64,000 nt of DNA from Squalus acanthias (taxonomy: Eukaryota): positions 145,330,001 through 145,394,000 of the forward strand of contig CM059431.1 of the NCBI GenBank assembly GCA_030390025.1. The letters are read 5' to 3'. Position 1 is the first letter of the stretch, and each line of letters opens with the position of its first letter. This document shows, one piece after another, positions 61,966 to 64,000 of the stretch. Both the position numbers and the translations under genes were made by a program. The notes below the pieces were generated by a model. The model worked only from the letters and a program-made list of their open reading frames with translations. It was not told the DNA's origin and made no database searches.

Positions 61966-62701
61966 GGCCCGCATTTTCTGATCGCAGGCCTCCCGCGTGC
62001 GGAGGCCTGCAATCTTGAAAAAATCTACGAAAATACCTAAGGGCTCCCTGGGCGCACACACTTCCTCTCCAAACTCCAAGTGCGCAGGACCCATGTATCC
62101 AAGGGTCGCATGTAGGTCGCAGCGTCCCTGGAATCACGTGGGCCAAGGGAGCGAATCACAGAAGGGACTCTCCCTTCATGCACTTGACAGGAAGACCTGT
62201 TAAATATGTGAATGGAGATCACCCCAAAAACAGTCAAACTTTAAATAAATATTTTTTAAAAATCAAATTTTTAAAATGACTTGAAATTACAATAAATTAA
62301 ATATTTTAATAAAAAAAAATATATATTTTTAAAAATAATATTTTTTTACGGGGCTAAAAATAAACTTACCTTTTTTAAAGTATTTTTAAATGATAAATCA
62401 GTGAAATTAAAAAAAAACTTTTTTTACTCTTAACCTGGTAAAAGCAGGCTTTACGCCTGCTTTTACCAGTCGTAAGAATTGTAAGGTTTTTCTGCGGACG
62501 GAGGGTCTCCAAAAAGCGGAACTATCCGCCCGCAGAGGCCCTTCTCCAGGGCAGCTGAAGGATCTGTCAAGAGCATTTTGACAGATTGGAAATGCCGGTT
62601 TTCAGCGCATGCGCTGTGCCTGCCTGAAACCGGTATTTCCGATGTCCCTCCGGGTTGGTGCACAGCGCGTACTCACCCGTCGGGATCGGAATATCTGGGC
62701 C
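61966..62701. mobile_element. MITE with TIRs and 3-bp TSD (PIF/Harbinger-like)
   Basis: TIRs ggcccgcattttctgatc / gatcggaatatctgggcc; AAT on both sides (61963-65, 62702-04); absent from the homologous left arm. Confidence 0.8.
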
Positions 62702-62909
62702 AATGATAATTTACAGAGATACACACAAATATATTTATAAACAGTGCACAGATAAACCAAGTGCATTTCGAAGCATCACAGAAGCAATTATTTATATTTA
62801 TATTTTTATAACAGGATATATCATAATATAAAAATAATCTATACACTGGCAGACATCGCACTCATCACATAAACACTAACTTTATGTATAAAAACTACAC
62901 CCACACAGG

Positions 62910-63585
62910 AGGCTTGTTAAGAAGATGAAAACTCATGGAATTCAGTAAAATGGTAGTAAGGATATGGAATTGGCTCAGTTACAGGAAACAAAGGGTGGGG
63001 ATGGATGTTTTTCAGATGTGGAACTGGTTTCCTGTGCTGCTCCCCAAGGAACAGTTTTGGGCCCATTACTCTTTTCAATTCTTATAAACGACCTGGACTC
63101 GGCTGTAAGGAGCAGCATTATACAGTTTGCAGATGTTGTGAAACTTTGCAATGTAGTAGATAGTGATGAGGATATTGGTAAACTTCAGGATGACATAGAC
63201 AGGATGGTGAAATGGGCAGCAGCATGGCAGATGGAGTTCAGTGCATAGAAGTATGAAGTGATGCACTTTTGGAGGACTAATATGAAAAGGCAGTAAAATA
63301 TAAATGGTAAAATATTCAAAAGTGTAGATGAGCAGAGAGAACTTGATCGTCATATACACAAATGTTAATGGTGGTAGGACAAGTTGATAAGGTGGGTAAA
63401 AATGTATATGGGTTACTTGGTTTTATAGATAGAGGCATAGAATATAAAAGCGGAGCGATAATGCTAGAACTTTATAAATCACTGGTTCGTTCTAAACTAG
63501 AGTATTGGTGACAATTCTGGGCACCATACTTCAGGAAAGGTGTAAAAGCCTTAGAAACGGAACAGAAGAAGTTTACCAAGCTGTT
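62910..63585 (+). mobile_element. Old degraded CR1 fragment
   Basis: PQGTVLGPLLFSILINDLD..QFADVVKL..LQDDIDRMVKWAAAWQMEF. Confidence 0.85.
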
Positions 63586-64000
63586 GGAAAGGTTGATATT
63601 AAAATATATTTAGTTGAGGAGAATCATATAGGTATAGCTTTAAGTGCAGCCATTGACCAAATAATATTACCCATAATTACTCCTGGGTAACTAAAAAGCT
63701 AAGACTTGTTCAAAATGTAGCTGCAGACAGTCAAAAGCAGTTTTGACTAAGATGTGATAACGAACAGCCACAGACTGCGAGTGAAGGTTAAATTGCTAAA
63801 AATAACCATATTATGATGCTACGTAGAAATTATAATTCACTTACCAAAACTAATGGCAACAATATTTAAAGGATAATTAGAATAAGGACATAAAATGAGA
63901 GAGATCATGGAAGTTAAGGTATTTATCTGGTAGATTAAAGTGAGATAGTCTGGATACCTCAAGACAAGTGAAACTGCGCTGCTATGGGCCCTGGTATAAT

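Larger units (their letters stand above)
61325..62906 (-). repeat. Right arm of the inverted repeat, interrupted by a MITE
   Basis: Reverse-complement homology to 19581-20390 on both sides of the MITE. Confidence 0.8.

Noticed and set aside
17454..62701. The two hairpin MITE copies as termini of one large element
   Set aside because: They are in the same orientation and diverged, and the right copy has its own TSD inside the inverted arm, so they are independent insertions.

Overview
Eukaryotic DNA, most likely a cartilaginous fish (shark), judged from HE1/V-SINE, Deu-SINE-like and CR1 repeats and a shark-type NLR gene. From left to right: (1) a frameshifted Penelope-like retroelement with a minimal hammerhead ribozyme (1-~2745, minus) and an L2 fragment; (2) the 3' part of a NACHT-LRR (NLR) gene (3537-16013) whose NACHT exon is disrupted while eight downstream LRR exons stay open, with introns filled by CR1 LINEs, SINEs and a TIR element; (3) a Pol III-rich patch with a vault RNA-like gene (~18602-18690) and decayed tRNA-Val/tRNA-Glu genes; (4) ~40.6 kb of tandem repeat, a 30-bp array (20653-22070) fused to a 31-bp array (22071-61263) with higher-order repeats. 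The most notable structure is that this satellite block sits between two diverged inverted arms (~19581-20390 and ~61325-62906), each carrying a tRNA-Glu/tRNA-Val pseudogene pair. The two satellites also appear related in opposite orientation, which suggests an ancient giant palindrome. The huge minus-strand ORFs over the satellite are repeat artefacts. All alignments were done by eye against recalled consensus sequences; no database search was run.
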